Assembly: GCA_964399675.1 (NCBI GenBank)
Contig: CAYNRK010000005.1
Coordinates: 766 to 64,765 of the forward strand
Reading direction: 5' to 3'
DNA from: an uncultured Gammaproteobacteria bacterium
GTDB taxonomy: Bacteria > Patescibacteriota > Patescibacteriia > UBA9934 > GWF2-40-263
DNA length: 64,000 nucleotides
Shown: positions 47,722 to 57,846 of the stretch, one piece after another
Position numbering within the stretch: position 1 is the first letter of the stretch
Layout: each line of letters starts with the position of its first letter
Made by a program: the position numbers and the translations under genes
Notes under the pieces: model-generated
Seen by the model: only the letters and a program-made list of their open reading frames with translations
Told to the model about the DNA's origin: nothing
Databases searched by the model: none

Positions 47722-48790
47722 TAGGTGAAACTACAGAATAAATTTTTTCATTATACGTAAATGCGATTTGATTCCAATCGTATTTTTTTACTTTAACAAG
47801 AGCTGTGTTTGCCAGTTGTTTTTTAAGAGCGTCATCTGTGAGTAAACGATTTGCTTGTTGTGAAATACCGGCCAGATTTTCTATTTCAACGAGTAGGGCG
47901 GTTTTATTATGTTCAGCAATATCCGGCACCATACCTACTTGTGTTGAAACAACTGGCACGCCGCTTGCCCAAGCCTCAAGGATTGATTTTGGCCCACCTT
48001 CAATTCGTGAGGTAATAAGGTAGAGATCAAGAGCATTATACATTTTCGGTAGTTCTTCTACTGTTTTTACATAAACGTGTTTATAGTCAATGCCATTTTG
48101 TTCAAGCCCACGTTTAACATATCCTCTGGCCGGTCCGGTTAACAGCACAAAGGGATTTAAGTGTTTAAGACGCGCGATTGTTTCAACAAGGACATCCGGG
48201 CCTTTGATCAATTTAGGTTTAAGTCCTTCATCCCAACCCACACCGTCTTTTTGAAATGAACCAATCACAAGTCTATTTTGATTGATTCCAAGACGACTTC
48301 GAACACCCTTTTTTTCTTCATCTGTTGCAGGTGTAAATAATGTTGTATCAACACCCAGTGGGATCACTACGATTTTTTTGTCATCAACACCGGCAGCGAT
48401 TAAATCATTCTTGGTTTTTTGGCAAGACGTATGAATCAGATGTAGATCTTGCTGCGCTTGTTTGATTAGTTTTAGTCGTGGATCATTTGGAACAACATGA
48501 AACCAAGTTAGGATTGGCTTGTTCGATGAATGGGCTTTGTGCCAACGGCCGTGGCGAAAAAAAGTATTAACCGAACCAAAATGAACGATTTGATTTCGCA
48601 ATCCGATCGGGGAGTAGGAGATACGTGCGCGTAATAAGGTTTGTCTGTTTAGTGCGCATGTGATGGATTGCCCATCATTTTTAATAGACCAATCGCATGC
48701 TTCAACAACATAAGTCAGCTGATATCCCGACAGGTTTGAGAGAAGATTCCAACGTATGCTAAATAGACGTTTAATTACGTTTTTTATCAT
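47693..48790 (-). CDS. Glycosyltransferase family 4
   Basis: GSFQKDG, EGGPKSILEAWASG. Confidence 0.9.
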   Translation of the reverse strand: MIKNVIKRLFSIRWNLLSNLSGYQLTYVVEACDWSIKNDGQSITCALNRQTLLRARISYSPIGLRNQIVHFGSVNTFFRHGRWHKAHSSNKPILTWFHVVPNDPRLKLIKQAQQDLHLIHTSCQKTKNDLIAAGVDDKKIVVIPLGVDTTLFTPATDEEKKGVRSRLGINQNRLVIGSFQKDGVGWDEGLKPKLIKGPDVLVETIARLKHLNPFVLLTGPARGYVKRGLEQNGIDYKHVYVKTVEELPKMYNALDLYLITSRIEGGPKSILEAWASGVPVVSTQVGMVPDIAEHNKTALLVEIENLAGISQQANRLLTDDALKKQLANTALVKVKKYDWNQIAFTYNEKIYSVVSPTRISFDRSL

Positions 48791-49625
48791 ATTCTTCTAT
48801 CATCTCCTTTTGAAGGTGTTCCTGTTTTGGAAATGTTCTGGCTTTTTAATAGTTCAGAGTTATATTTTTCTACTTGTTCATGGAGTGAAAGTTGTAGTCC
48901 ATTTTCTTGTGCAAGTTGTATCAACGCTTGAATATCCTTTGTCAAACACTTTCCACCATAACCTCGATATCCTTTGTGAAAGATTTGAAGATGCATAGGT
49001 TCGATCCATTTGTCTGCTGCAGCTGCTTGTTTCACTTTTTCATATTCAATGCCGAGAGACTCGCAAAGATCATACATTTGGTTTGCAAATGCAACTTTAA
49101 GTGCGTAGAACGTATTGCTGAAGTACTTTACCATTTCAGCTTCTGTTGCTGGCATGGTTGTTTCATACGGTGCTCGTGCAAGAAGTCGAAGGATCTTATT
49201 GGCAAATTGTTTTGATTCGGTTTTTTTGTGTAACCAATAATTTGCCTGCAGGGAAACAGTGTGTCATTTTCTGCTGACGATTCAGTTAAAAATTCGGGAT
49301 TAAAAAAAAGTGTATGTTGCGAATATTTTTTTTGTAACATTTCTGTTGTCCCAGGAAGAACAGTAGATTTTATTACGACATTTTTTTCTCCTTTCAGATT
49401 ACCAATACTCTCTTCTACAAATGATAGATCAAATCCTCGCGTTTCATTATAGGGAGTTGGAACACAAATAAATACAATGTGTGCTTTATTGACCTCCTCG
49501 ATCGATCCAAGGTTTTTTCCTTTGTCAAACAAAAATAATTGGAGATTTTGTTGCTGTTCAAAATATCGTTGCAACGCACCTCCTACCATTCCGACTCCCA
49601 CAATACCAATTTGTCTTGTTTCCAT
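48787..49625 (-). pseudogene. ugd: UDP-glucose/GDP-mannose dehydrogenase split by a frameshift at an A7 run
   Basis: GVGMVG, FICVPTP, KSTV.PG, NPEFL in 49128..49625; EAEMVKY..N, GYGGKCL.KD in 48787..49155; frames join at 49221-49227. Confidence 0.8.
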
Positions 49626-49634
49626 AAAAAGAAT

Positions 49635-50765
49635 TTATTGAATATAAAGGGAAAGTTCTTGTCTCAGCACAGATTCAAGGCCAAAGCTTTCTTCAATCGT
49701 TTTTCGAGCCTCAATTGTTATTTGGTTTTTTAAATCAGGATTTGCCAGAACTTCTTTTATTGCTGGGCTAATCGATTCAACATTTGTTTCACAAAGATAT
49801 CCATTTTGTTTATGAATAATAATTTCTCGTACTCCCACCACATCTGTACCAATCACTGGAAGTCCACATGCCATGGCCTCAAGCAAAACCTTTGGATTGC
49901 CCTCAAATAATGATGGCAAAATAAATAGTTCGCTCTTGTTTAATTCAATAGGTAATTGTTCATTTGGAACATTCCCTAGAAATTCCACGTTGACTTGTAG
50001 ATTTTTTACAAGGGTTTTTAATTCTCGTTCTTTTTCTCCTGAACCGATAAGGACAAGTCGAATTTCGGTTTTCTCCAGCGCCTTAATCAGATTGAGAAGG
50101 TTTTTGTCATCAGCGAATTTTGCAATACAACAAATTCGTCCTTTTTCTTTTTGAACCTCGGGCATGTATTTAAAAAGTTTTGTATCAATGTAGTTGGGAA
50201 TGACGAGTATCTTACTTTCGGATACAGCAAATTCTTTTGTAATGAATTGTTTGGCTTCTTTTGAACTAATTATAATTTTATCTGCCATTGAATAGACTAT
50301 TTTTTCAACAATCCATATGATTATTCTTTGCCAAACAGGTTTATTGCGTAGCTTTGAAAACAGAAACCATTCAAAACCGGCGCGTGCAATAAGAGATTTC
50401 TTGTACAACAACTTTGCAATTACCGCAGCCAAACCTCCTTTTATTTGGTTCGTTTTATAAATGTCGACTCTTTTTAATGTTTCTCTTTCAACAAATGGCA
50501 AAAGTAGCATGTAAAGAGAATCAGGTGCATTAATTTTTTTAGGAACAATTTCAATATTTTCAGGAAGTCGATTTTTATATTCCAGATCTTCTTTATTTCC
50601 ATAAGTAAAGAAATAAATTTTGTTGAAGTGCTTAGCGAGTTCTTTGTACAGTTTTAATTCGCGAGATAAGTTTCCCACCTCATCCCATATTTTTAAAGAA
50701 ATCCCGCAGGTAAAAAATAATGCGAGATTTTTTTTCTTTAAATTTTGAGTTTCAGAAAGGTTCAC
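49635..50765 (-). CDS. Glycosyltransferase family 4
   Basis: EGNPKVLLEAMACGLP. Confidence 0.92.
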   Translation of the reverse strand: MNLSETQNLKKKNLALFFTCGISLKIWDEVGNLSRELKLYKELAKHFNKIYFFTYGNKEDLEYKNRLPENIEIVPKKINAPDSLYMLLLPFVERETLKRVDIYKTNQIKGGLAAVIAKLLYKKSLIARAGFEWFLFSKLRNKPVWQRIIIWIVEKIVYSMADKIIISSKEAKQFITKEFAVSESKILVIPNYIDTKLFKYMPEVQKEKGRICCIAKFADDKNLLNLIKALEKTEIRLVLIGSGEKERELKTLVKNLQVNVEFLGNVPNEQLPIELNKSELFILPSLFEGNPKVLLEAMACGLPVIGTDVVGVREIIIHKQNGYLCETNVESISPAIKEVLANPDLKNQITIEARKTIEESFGLESVLRQELSLYIQ

Positions 50766-51781
50766 AAATGACGCAAGGTTAATGTGCGATCCTCAAATCG
50801 TACATTGTCATTATTTGTTTCATTATGAAAGTTAACGTACCAATCAAGAAATCGTTTCATACCATCCTCTAATCTTACTTTGGGTTGCCAGTCTAATAAT
50901 TCCTTTGCTTTGTTAATATCTGCGTAAGTTCGTCTCATATCACCCGGTTGCATGGGAAGATAATTTTTCACAGCTTCTTTGCCCAAATTTTGTTCAATCA
51001 ACCCAATAAATTTTCCAAGCGAATCTGGGTTTCCTTGTCCTAAATTAATAATTTCCCAGGAGTTGTTTTTTTGAATTGCTTGAACAACTCCATCTACAAT
51101 ATCATCAATGTATGTGAAGTCGCGTTCCATATCACCTTGCCCATAAACATCAATTGGCTCTCCATTCAATATGCTTTTTGTGAATTTAAAATATGCCATG
51201 TCAGGACGTCCCCATGGACCGTACACAGTAAAGTATCGCAAGCAGGTGATTGGAGTGTTGTAAAGCCGGTGGTAAGCATGTGCAATGAGTTCACCTGATT
51301 TTTTTGTAGCTGCATAAAGCGAGACGGGCTTGTCGGTCATTTGTTCTTCTTTCAGTGGGAACTGTTGGGTATCACCATAAACAGATGAACTTGATGCAAG
51401 CACCATTCCTTTAATTTTAAACATTCGAGCAAGCTCGAGTAAATTTAAAGTGCCATTGAAATTTGTGCGTGCATATTTAAAAGGTACGGTTCCGGCGTAG
51501 CGCACTCCAGCTTGTGCGGCTTGGTGGCACACATAATCAATTTTGTGTTTTTTGAAAATCTGTTCAAGGGCAGTGTAATTTTCAATATCAGCTCGATACA
51601 ATGTAAAAGGCACATCCTTTAAGAATTCTCTAATCCTAGCTTCTTTGAGCTTTGGATCATAGTAGGGATTGAAATTATCAATTACAATAATCTCATGACC
51701 CATTTCAGCCAGTTTTTTTACCAAATGAGAGCCAATAAACCCAGCCCCGCCAGTGACTAGAATGGTGTGTTTTGATAACAT
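50762..51781 (-). CDS. NAD-dependent epimerase (UDP-glucuronate 4-epimerase-like)
   Basis: TGGAGFIG, AAQAGVR, YAATK, YGPWGRPDM, RDFTYIDD. Confidence 0.93.
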   Translation of the reverse strand: MLSKHTILVTGGAGFIGSHLVKKLAEMGHEIIVIDNFNPYYDPKLKEARIREFLKDVPFTLYRADIENYTALEQIFKKHKIDYVCHQAAQAGVRYAGTVPFKYARTNFNGTLNLLELARMFKIKGMVLASSSSVYGDTQQFPLKEEQMTDKPVSLYAATKKSGELIAHAYHRLYNTPITCLRYFTVYGPWGRPDMAYFKFTKSILNGEPIDVYGQGDMERDFTYIDDIVDGVVQAIQKNNSWEIINLGQGNPDSLGKFIGLIEQNLGKEAVKNYLPMQPGDMRRTYADINKAKELLDWQPKVRLEDGMKRFLDWYVNFHNETNNDNVRFEDRTLTLRHL

Positions 51782-51858
51782 AACCTTGGTATTATAGCAG
51801 AATGATCTTATGCAAAAAGCCAGAATGAGTAAAGAGCCTGTTGTGTTTTATTTTAATT

Positions 51859-53907
51859 ATGACTAACAGAATGAGCACAGTGAAAAAGGCTGATGTTTTA
51901 CTACAACTTGTGAAGTTTGGTATTTACGGGCTTTTTGTTGTCCCCATGCTAAATTGGCATTCGCTCATGTTTTCTTTTGAAACAACTAAGGGCTTGCTAA
52001 TCATTGTTATTGCCGAGATTGTTTTTGTTCTTTATTTGTGGCTAATCTCTGTTGCGCCTCAATATCGTCCTTCTTTTGGTTTAATAGAAAAAACGTTATT
52101 CTTTTTTATTGCAATTTTTTCTCTCGCATCGTTTTTTGGAATAGATCCTTTATTCAGTTTTTGGGGAGATGTTGATCGAATGACAGGTGGGTTTATCTGG
52201 CTTCACCTTATTGCGATTTTTGTTGTGTTAGTTGGTGTTTTTAGGTCTGAAAGAGAATGGTTACATTTATTTTCATTTTCAATCGGCATTGCACTTTTTA
52301 TTGTTTTTTTACATTTTTTAACAAAGCTGGGATTTGATTTGATTCCGGATCATCGTGCTGGGTCAACGTTTGGTAATTCATCATATTTTGCAGTCTACCT
52401 TTTGTTTCATGTCTTTTTTTCATTTTTTGTTGCGCTTCATGCAAAAACAAAACAAATGAAAATTTATGGTCTATTATCATTTTTATTTCTAATCGTTGCG
52501 CTTTTTTTTGTGCCCGCCAATGCAGTGAGATATGCTGTTTTTGGAGGATTGATACTTTGCTTTGCGCTTATTCTAATTAGTCATGGCAAAGCAAAATTGC
52601 AAATCTGGTCTGGGTGGATCCTTCTTGGTATTTTGTCTTTGTTTTCGTTTATCATAATATTTACAGCCTTTCAGCCCGGTAGTAAGTCGCATGAACATTT
52701 TGTAGAAATATCTTCTGAAGCAAGATTTGTTGTGTGGAATATTGCCTGGGAAGGAATCAAGGAACGCCCGTTTTTTGGTTGGGGGCCTGAGAATTTTAAG
52801 TATGTTTTTTTGAAATATTATGATCCTTGCTTTGGATCAAAAAGATGCGGTCCTGAGATGTCTTTTGACCGTGCTCACAATAAGATACTTGATTCTTTGA
52901 TTGAGTATGGTTTTATTGGATCAGTTTTTTATTTAATGATTTTTGTAGCGGCAATTTTTGAGCTTTGGAAAAGAAAAAACAGAAAAAGACTTGGATTTAT
53001 ACCTGCGATTTTTACCTCGCTCGTGATCGCATACTTTATACAGAATTTAACCATTCTTGATGTATCTACAAGCTTGCTATTTTTTATTATAGTATTATCT
53101 TTCGTTTCTGTTTCCATTAACAAGCAGTTTTTTCAAGACAAGCGCCCAGTACTTTCTGATCCTATGAAAAAGAAGAACATAGCGTTACCTCTGATTGCTT
53201 CTTTGCTTTTTCCAATCAGCCTTTTTTATTTTTTTGTTCAGCCTGCACGAGCGTCTGTGGCTGCGCTAAAGATCGATGGCAGAATGACACATGCCAGACG
53301 AATTGAATTATTCCAAATCGCAGCAGATGCCTCCCCATTTGGTTTAAGAACAAGACGAGGTTATATTTGTTTTCAAACTATTAAGTGGATTTGGGCCAAT
53401 GGGTCGGAATTGATTGTTTCAAATCGTCCTTTGATCGAGGATGAGATAAAGCGTACAGAAGAATATTTATTAGATACTTTAGAGAGAACACCAAACTATC
53501 TAAGAGGTTACATTGAGTTGGGGGCTCTTTATCAGCTAAGCGGGCGTTTTGTAAATCCAGAAGACTTTCAAAAAGCTGAAAATATTTTACTAAAAGCCGC
53601 ACAGTTAAATCCCAATCATCCAAATCCATTTTGGGCACTAGCGTCACTTTATGTTGAACAGGGAAGATACAAAGAGGCGTTAACACTCACACAGGAGGTT
53701 ATTGCCAGAGATCCAATGGTTATTGAAGCGCAAATAAATGATTTGGTTGTATCAAAATTTTTGGATGATCAGGATCAACTGGAAGAAAAAGCTCAGCGTA
53801 TCTCAAAGATTTTTCCTCAATATGCACATGTAGTTGATAATGTTATGAAAGCGGATATACAAGAACAGTTTCATGTGCTTCTTTATGAAATTTATGGAGG
53901 TTTTTAA
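51859..53907 (+). CDS. O-antigen ligase/O-oligosaccharyltransferase family protein with TPR tail
   Basis: Multi-TM; STFGNS, GWGPENF, DRAHN; TPR-like C-terminus. Confidence 0.85.
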   Translation: MTNRMSTVKKADVLLQLVKFGIYGLFVVPMLNWHSLMFSFETTKGLLIIVIAEIVFVLYLWLISVAPQYRPSFGLIEKTLFFFIAIFSLASFFGIDPLFSFWGDVDRMTGGFIWLHLIAIFVVLVGVFRSEREWLHLFSFSIGIALFIVFLHFLTKLGFDLIPDHRAGSTFGNSSYFAVYLLFHVFFSFFVALHAKTKQMKIYGLLSFLFLIVALFFVPANAVRYAVFGGLILCFALILISHGKAKLQIWSGWILLGILSLFSFIIIFTAFQPGSKSHEHFVEISSEARFVVWNIAWEGIKERPFFGWGPENFKYVFLKYYDPCFGSKRCGPEMSFDRAHNKILDSLIEYGFIGSVFYLMIFVAAIFELWKRKNRKRLGFIPAIFTSLVIAYFIQNLTILDVSTSLLFFIIVLSFVSVSINKQFFQDKRPVLSDPMKKKNIALPLIASLLFPISLFYFFVQPARASVAALKIDGRMTHARRIELFQIAADASPFGLRTRRGYICFQTIKWIWANGSELIVSNRPLIEDEIKRTEEYLLDTLERTPNYLRGYIELGALYQLSGRFVNPEDFQKAENILLKAAQLNPNHPNPFWALASLYVEQGRYKEALTLTQEVIARDPMVIEAQINDLVVSKFLDDQDQLEEKAQRISKIFPQYAHVVDNVMKADIQEQFHVLLYEIYGGF

Positions 53908-53934
53908 TTATTTAGATTAATGTAGGCAATAGTT

Positions 53935-55980
53935 ATGCAAAAAGCCGAAATAAGTAAAGATCCTTCAATGCTTGGATACATAAAGGTTGGAATTTGTCTG
54001 CTCATGTTTACTCCGCTGGTTCATGGCAAGGTTTTTTATTTTCCATATTCAAGCACAAAAACCTTCTTTTTTCTTGCTGTGATTGAAGTGATTTTTCTTT
54101 GTTACGCCTGGCTCATTTTTTTTCATCCACAGTATCGTCCACGGTTTAGTTTAATGGGGAAGTCCTTGTTTCTATTTGTCGGGATACTTTTGTTGGCATC
54201 AATTTTCGGCAATGATCCTGTCTATAGTTTTTGGGGAGGTGCCATGCGGTCTCTGAGCATAATTGTTTGGATTCATTTAGCCGGTCTGTATATCGTGCTT
54301 GTTTCCGTGTTTCGTACAATAAAAGATTGGCAAAATTTATTGCTGGTGTCTGTTTGTGTTGGTGTTGTTGTATCACTGATCTATCTATTGTCGCTTGCTG
54401 GTTTTGATTTATTTGTTAAACCAAAATCTGGATCTACACTTGGCAATTCATCTTTTTTAGGTGCGTATCTTTTGTTTCAAATCAGCTTTGCTTTTCTTTT
54501 GGCTTTTATCAAAACAAATTCATGGAAACGCACGTTCGGAATTTGCAGTTTTATTTTTCTTGTTTTTACTCTTTTGCAAACCCATGCAAATGCAGCGATT
54601 TTTTCTTTATATGGAGCCGTTGTTCTTTTTCTCGCACTCTTTTTGATTACTCGTAAAAAAAGCATGTTTCAGAAGAACGCAGGCAAGTTGTTGCTTGTTG
54701 GATTAGGTGTTGCTTTTTTTTCCTTTCTTGTTCTTACGTTTGTTCCTGAAAGTTTTGTGCGCGAATTCATTATTGATAAATCAAGCGGTACACGTTTTGT
54801 TTTGTGGGATATTGCCTGGAAAGGCATTAAGGAACGGCCGCTATTAGGCTGGGGTCTTGAAAATTACCAAAATCTTTTTGCGAAATTTTACAATCCTTGT
54901 TTGGGATCACAGGCATGCGGATTTGAAATTTGGTTTGATCGAGCACACAATAAAATTCTTGATGTTCTTGTTGAAACCGGGGTAATTGGATTAATTGCCT
55001 ATATGAGTATTTTCGTTTCCGCCCTTTTGACGATTTGGAGATCTTATAAAAAACAAATGATTAACGGGATTGTGGTTTCGTTGATTCTTGCAATCTTGGC
55101 TGCCTATTTTGTCATGAACTTAACAGTTTTTGACACCCTATTAAGTTATGTTTTCTGGTTGGTACTTCTAGCATTTATTGAAGTTACAACAAGATCAAAT
55201 ATTGACCAAGAGTTAAATCACACAAAGCGCAAGGTAATTATTCCTGCGCTCGTGCCAGTTATTGCCACTCTTGTCATGCCTGTTACATTTTTCTTTTTTG
55301 TCATTCAACCTGTTCGTGCAAACATTGCAACAAGAAATGTTGTTATTAGCATGACAATGAATGAGCGTTTTTCAGATTATGAAAAAGCTTTGGGAATTTC
55401 TATGATGGGTATTGATAAGCGGAGATCTTTTTTAGCAGCACAGACAACAGCGCTAATTTGGGATACAGATCTCAAGATACTACAAGACAACAAAGAATTA
55501 TTTCAAAAAGAATTATGGTTAGCGCAAAATGGTTTAATACAGACAATAGAACGCCGCCCAAATTATTTGCGGGCATATTTAGATCTTGGATTTCTATATC
55601 AAACAGAAGCGCGATTTTATAATCCTGTGATGTATAAAGATGCAGAAGAAATTACTATTCGGGCATTGGAGTTAAATCCAAACAGTCCTCTTCCTTATTG
55701 GGCGCTTGTTTCGATTTATATTGATCAAGATCAAATTAAGAAAGCGCTGCCATTTGTTGAGAAAGCTGTGGCTTTAGATTCGCAGGTGCCTGACTCTCAT
55801 CTGCGACGTCTTGTTGCTATGAAATTTACCGAAGATAAAAATTTAATCCAACAGGCAATAGATGAATCACTTCAAACCCATCCCACACTTGAAGAAAAAA
55901 TACAGACTCTCATTTCAGCTGATCTTGATCAGTACAGGGATATTTTATTGTTCAGATTTTATTACGATGCGCGGTTATAG
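53935..55980 (+). CDS. O-antigen ligase family protein with TPR tail (tandem paralog)
   Basis: STLGNS, GWGLENY, DRAHN; colinear with the upstream gene. Confidence 0.85.
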   Translation: MQKAEISKDPSMLGYIKVGICLLMFTPLVHGKVFYFPYSSTKTFFFLAVIEVIFLCYAWLIFFHPQYRPRFSLMGKSLFLFVGILLLASIFGNDPVYSFWGGAMRSLSIIVWIHLAGLYIVLVSVFRTIKDWQNLLLVSVCVGVVVSLIYLLSLAGFDLFVKPKSGSTLGNSSFLGAYLLFQISFAFLLAFIKTNSWKRTFGICSFIFLVFTLLQTHANAAIFSLYGAVVLFLALFLITRKKSMFQKNAGKLLLVGLGVAFFSFLVLTFVPESFVREFIIDKSSGTRFVLWDIAWKGIKERPLLGWGLENYQNLFAKFYNPCLGSQACGFEIWFDRAHNKILDVLVETGVIGLIAYMSIFVSALLTIWRSYKKQMINGIVVSLILAILAAYFVMNLTVFDTLLSYVFWLVLLAFIEVTTRSNIDQELNHTKRKVIIPALVPVIATLVMPVTFFFFVIQPVRANIATRNVVISMTMNERFSDYEKALGISMMGIDKRRSFLAAQTTALIWDTDLKILQDNKELFQKELWLAQNGLIQTIERRPNYLRAYLDLGFLYQTEARFYNPVMYKDAEEITIRALELNPNSPLPYWALVSIYIDQDQIKKALPFVEKAVALDSQVPDSHLRRLVAMKFTEDKNLIQQAIDESLQTHPTLEEKIQTLISADLDQYRDILLFRFYYDARL

Positions 55981-55985
55981 TTAAG

Positions 55986-56906
55986 CTACCGTTCGTTATT
56001 CAACACCTCTTTTAGTTCATGAGGAAGATCAACTTCAAAGCTGCGTTGTTTTTTGTTTGAGAGTTTAATGGTTAGTTTTCGCGCGTGTAAGAAAATTCTA
56101 TCAAGTTTAATGGGTTTAATATTTTTCATCCGTTTTTTTTTATAAAGTTTATCGCCAACTATTGGATGATCAAGTGCTTGAAAGTGCACGCGGATTTGAT
56201 GTGTGCGACCAGTTAGGATTTTAACGCGCACATAGGTTGTTTTTTTGAGTCGTTCAATAACATCGTATTGCGTGATGGCATCTTTTCCTTCTTGCGATTC
56301 AGGGCGTGCAACCATGCGACCACGTGCTCTTGATCTTGCAATGCGTAATTTTATTTCATCAAAATCTTTTGGCAGTTCACCATAGACCAGTGCTAAGTAT
56401 TCTTTTTCAACAGTTCGTGTTTGAAATTGATGTTTGAGATTTTCAAACATCTCTTGTGTTTTTGCAACCACCATTACACCGGAAACATCCTTATCCAATC
56501 TGTGCACAATACCGGGTCGGGTTGGATCATCGCCTACGTCTGCAATTTCAGGAAAGATTTCCAAAAGACCATCAACCAAAGTGTGCTCAGTGTCTTGATC
56601 ATTTACTTGATGGACAATAAGTCTGGCTGGTTTGTTAATTACAAACACATCATCGTCTTGATAGATTACATCAAGAAGTGGGGTACGGCCTTTTTTTGTT
56701 GCTGGTGTTTCTTGTTCGACTTCTGGGTAAAATAAAACATCTCCAGTTTGCACAGGTGATTTGGGTTTGCAAGGTTTGTTATTAAGCAAGATGCTTTGTC
56801 TTTTAATGAGCTTTTGGATTTGTGATCGCGAGAGCTCCATGTGATCTGTTAGAATATGGTCAACACGTTTTCCATTTTGATCTTCTGTAATAGTTATTGT
56901 TGGCAT
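55986..56906 (-). CDS. rluD: RluA-family 23S rRNA pseudouridine synthase
   Basis: S4 domain, NKP, GIVHRLDKDVSG, TGRTHQIRVH. Confidence 0.9.
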   Translation of the reverse strand: MPTITITEDQNGKRVDHILTDHMELSRSQIQKLIKRQSILLNNKPCKPKSPVQTGDVLFYPEVEQETPATKKGRTPLLDVIYQDDDVFVINKPARLIVHQVNDQDTEHTLVDGLLEIFPEIADVGDDPTRPGIVHRLDKDVSGVMVVAKTQEMFENLKHQFQTRTVEKEYLALVYGELPKDFDEIKLRIARSRARGRMVARPESQEGKDAITQYDVIERLKKTTYVRVKILTGRTHQIRVHFQALDHPIVGDKLYKKKRMKNIKPIKLDRIFLHARKLTIKLSNKKQRSFEVDLPHELKEVLNNER

Positions 56907-56910
56907 AAGA

Positions 56911-57084
56911 TTAGCTCAAAGCAATCGCGCGGAAAAAGAGTCCAAAAAAGACAATTAAAATAATGGCAGCAATAAGAAGCCCGGTCATTCCAACGATTCC
57001 TTCTTTATCTTGTGTTTTAATGGCGCGACGTAAGAAAATTATCGCAATAATCAATACAATGACACCAAGGAGAAAATAGGACAT
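56911..57084 (-). CDS. Small 2-TM membrane protein (57 aa), not in the ORF track
   Basis: MSYFLLGVIVLIIAIIFLRRAIKTQDKEGIVGMTGLLIAAIILIV...; stop 4 bp before the rluD start. Confidence 0.6.
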   Translation of the reverse strand: MSYFLLGVIVLIIAIIFLRRAIKTQDKEGIVGMTGLLIAAIILIVFFGLFFRAIALS

Positions 57085-57153
57085 ATTTGGTATTTGTTAT
57101 CATTATATCAGGTTGACAAGAAGTGGTGATATAATAGAGTGACTTGGTTACAC

Positions 57154-57229
57154 GGGGGCGTAGCTCAGCGGTTAGAGCGCCAAGCTTATACCTTGGTGGT
57201 CGATGGTTCGAATCCATCCGCCCCCACCA
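57154..57229 (+). tRNA. tRNA-Ile(UAU)
   Basis: GGGGGCG acceptor stem, anticodon arm CCAAG-CTTATAC-CTTGG, GGTTCGAATCC, CCA. Confidence 0.92.
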
Positions 57230-57240
57230 TATATAAACAT

Positions 57241-57687
57241 ATGTTATACAATCTATCATCTTTTGTAATATTTCTCTCGATTTTGTGGTTTTTTGTGTAT
57301 TGGATTTTGGGAGGTGTGTTGTTTGCACTTTTGACCATTTTACGGCTTGGTCGAGTGAAAAAGGTGAGATTTAGCTGTTTGTTTACGATATTGTCAGCAG
57401 CTTGTGGATTTGGAGCAGCTTATTATGGGATGCAATATGCACAAGAATCAGTGAGTATTTGCGTTTCAGAGGCGGTTAATAGGGCACAGACAGTAGCTGC
57501 GGTGTTTGGTTGTGGCTTTTCTGGAGTATTTGGAGCATTCTTGATTGGAGCCGCCATTCTCACTTTTGGTGGGTTTGTGATTTTGGCAATTTCAAAGAGT
57601 AAGGCAAAGCCATGGATTGTATTGGAAGAGGCTGGAGAAGTCGGAGAGGTCGGAGAAGTCCGAGAGGGAAAGAGTAAGTTTTTTTAA
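57241..57687 (+). CDS. Hypothetical membrane protein between two tRNAs
   Basis: Several hydrophobic helices; ATG at 57241; 9-mer repeats near the 3' end. Confidence 0.7.
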   Translation: MLYNLSSFVIFLSILWFFVYWILGGVLFALLTILRLGRVKKVRFSCLFTILSAACGFGAAYYGMQYAQESVSICVSEAVNRAQTVAAVFGCGFSGVFGAFLIGAAILTFGGFVILAISKSKAKPWIVLEEAGEVGEVGEVREGKSKFF

Positions 57688-57764
57688 GGGCGTATAGCTC
57701 AGTTGGTTAGAGCGTCGCATTGACATTGCGGAGGTCAGAGGTTCGAATCCTCTTACGCCCACCA
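57688..57764 (+). tRNA. tRNA-Val(GAC)
   Basis: GGGCGTA acceptor stem, anticodon loop TTGACAT, GGTTCGAATCC, CCA. Confidence 0.95.
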
Positions 57765-57846
57765 TCCCTCGTCGCTCGACAATGTCGAGCTATGAGGGAT
57801 GCCCCCAACGTAGCTCTTTGAGCGAAGTGGGGCAAAAAATACCGAC

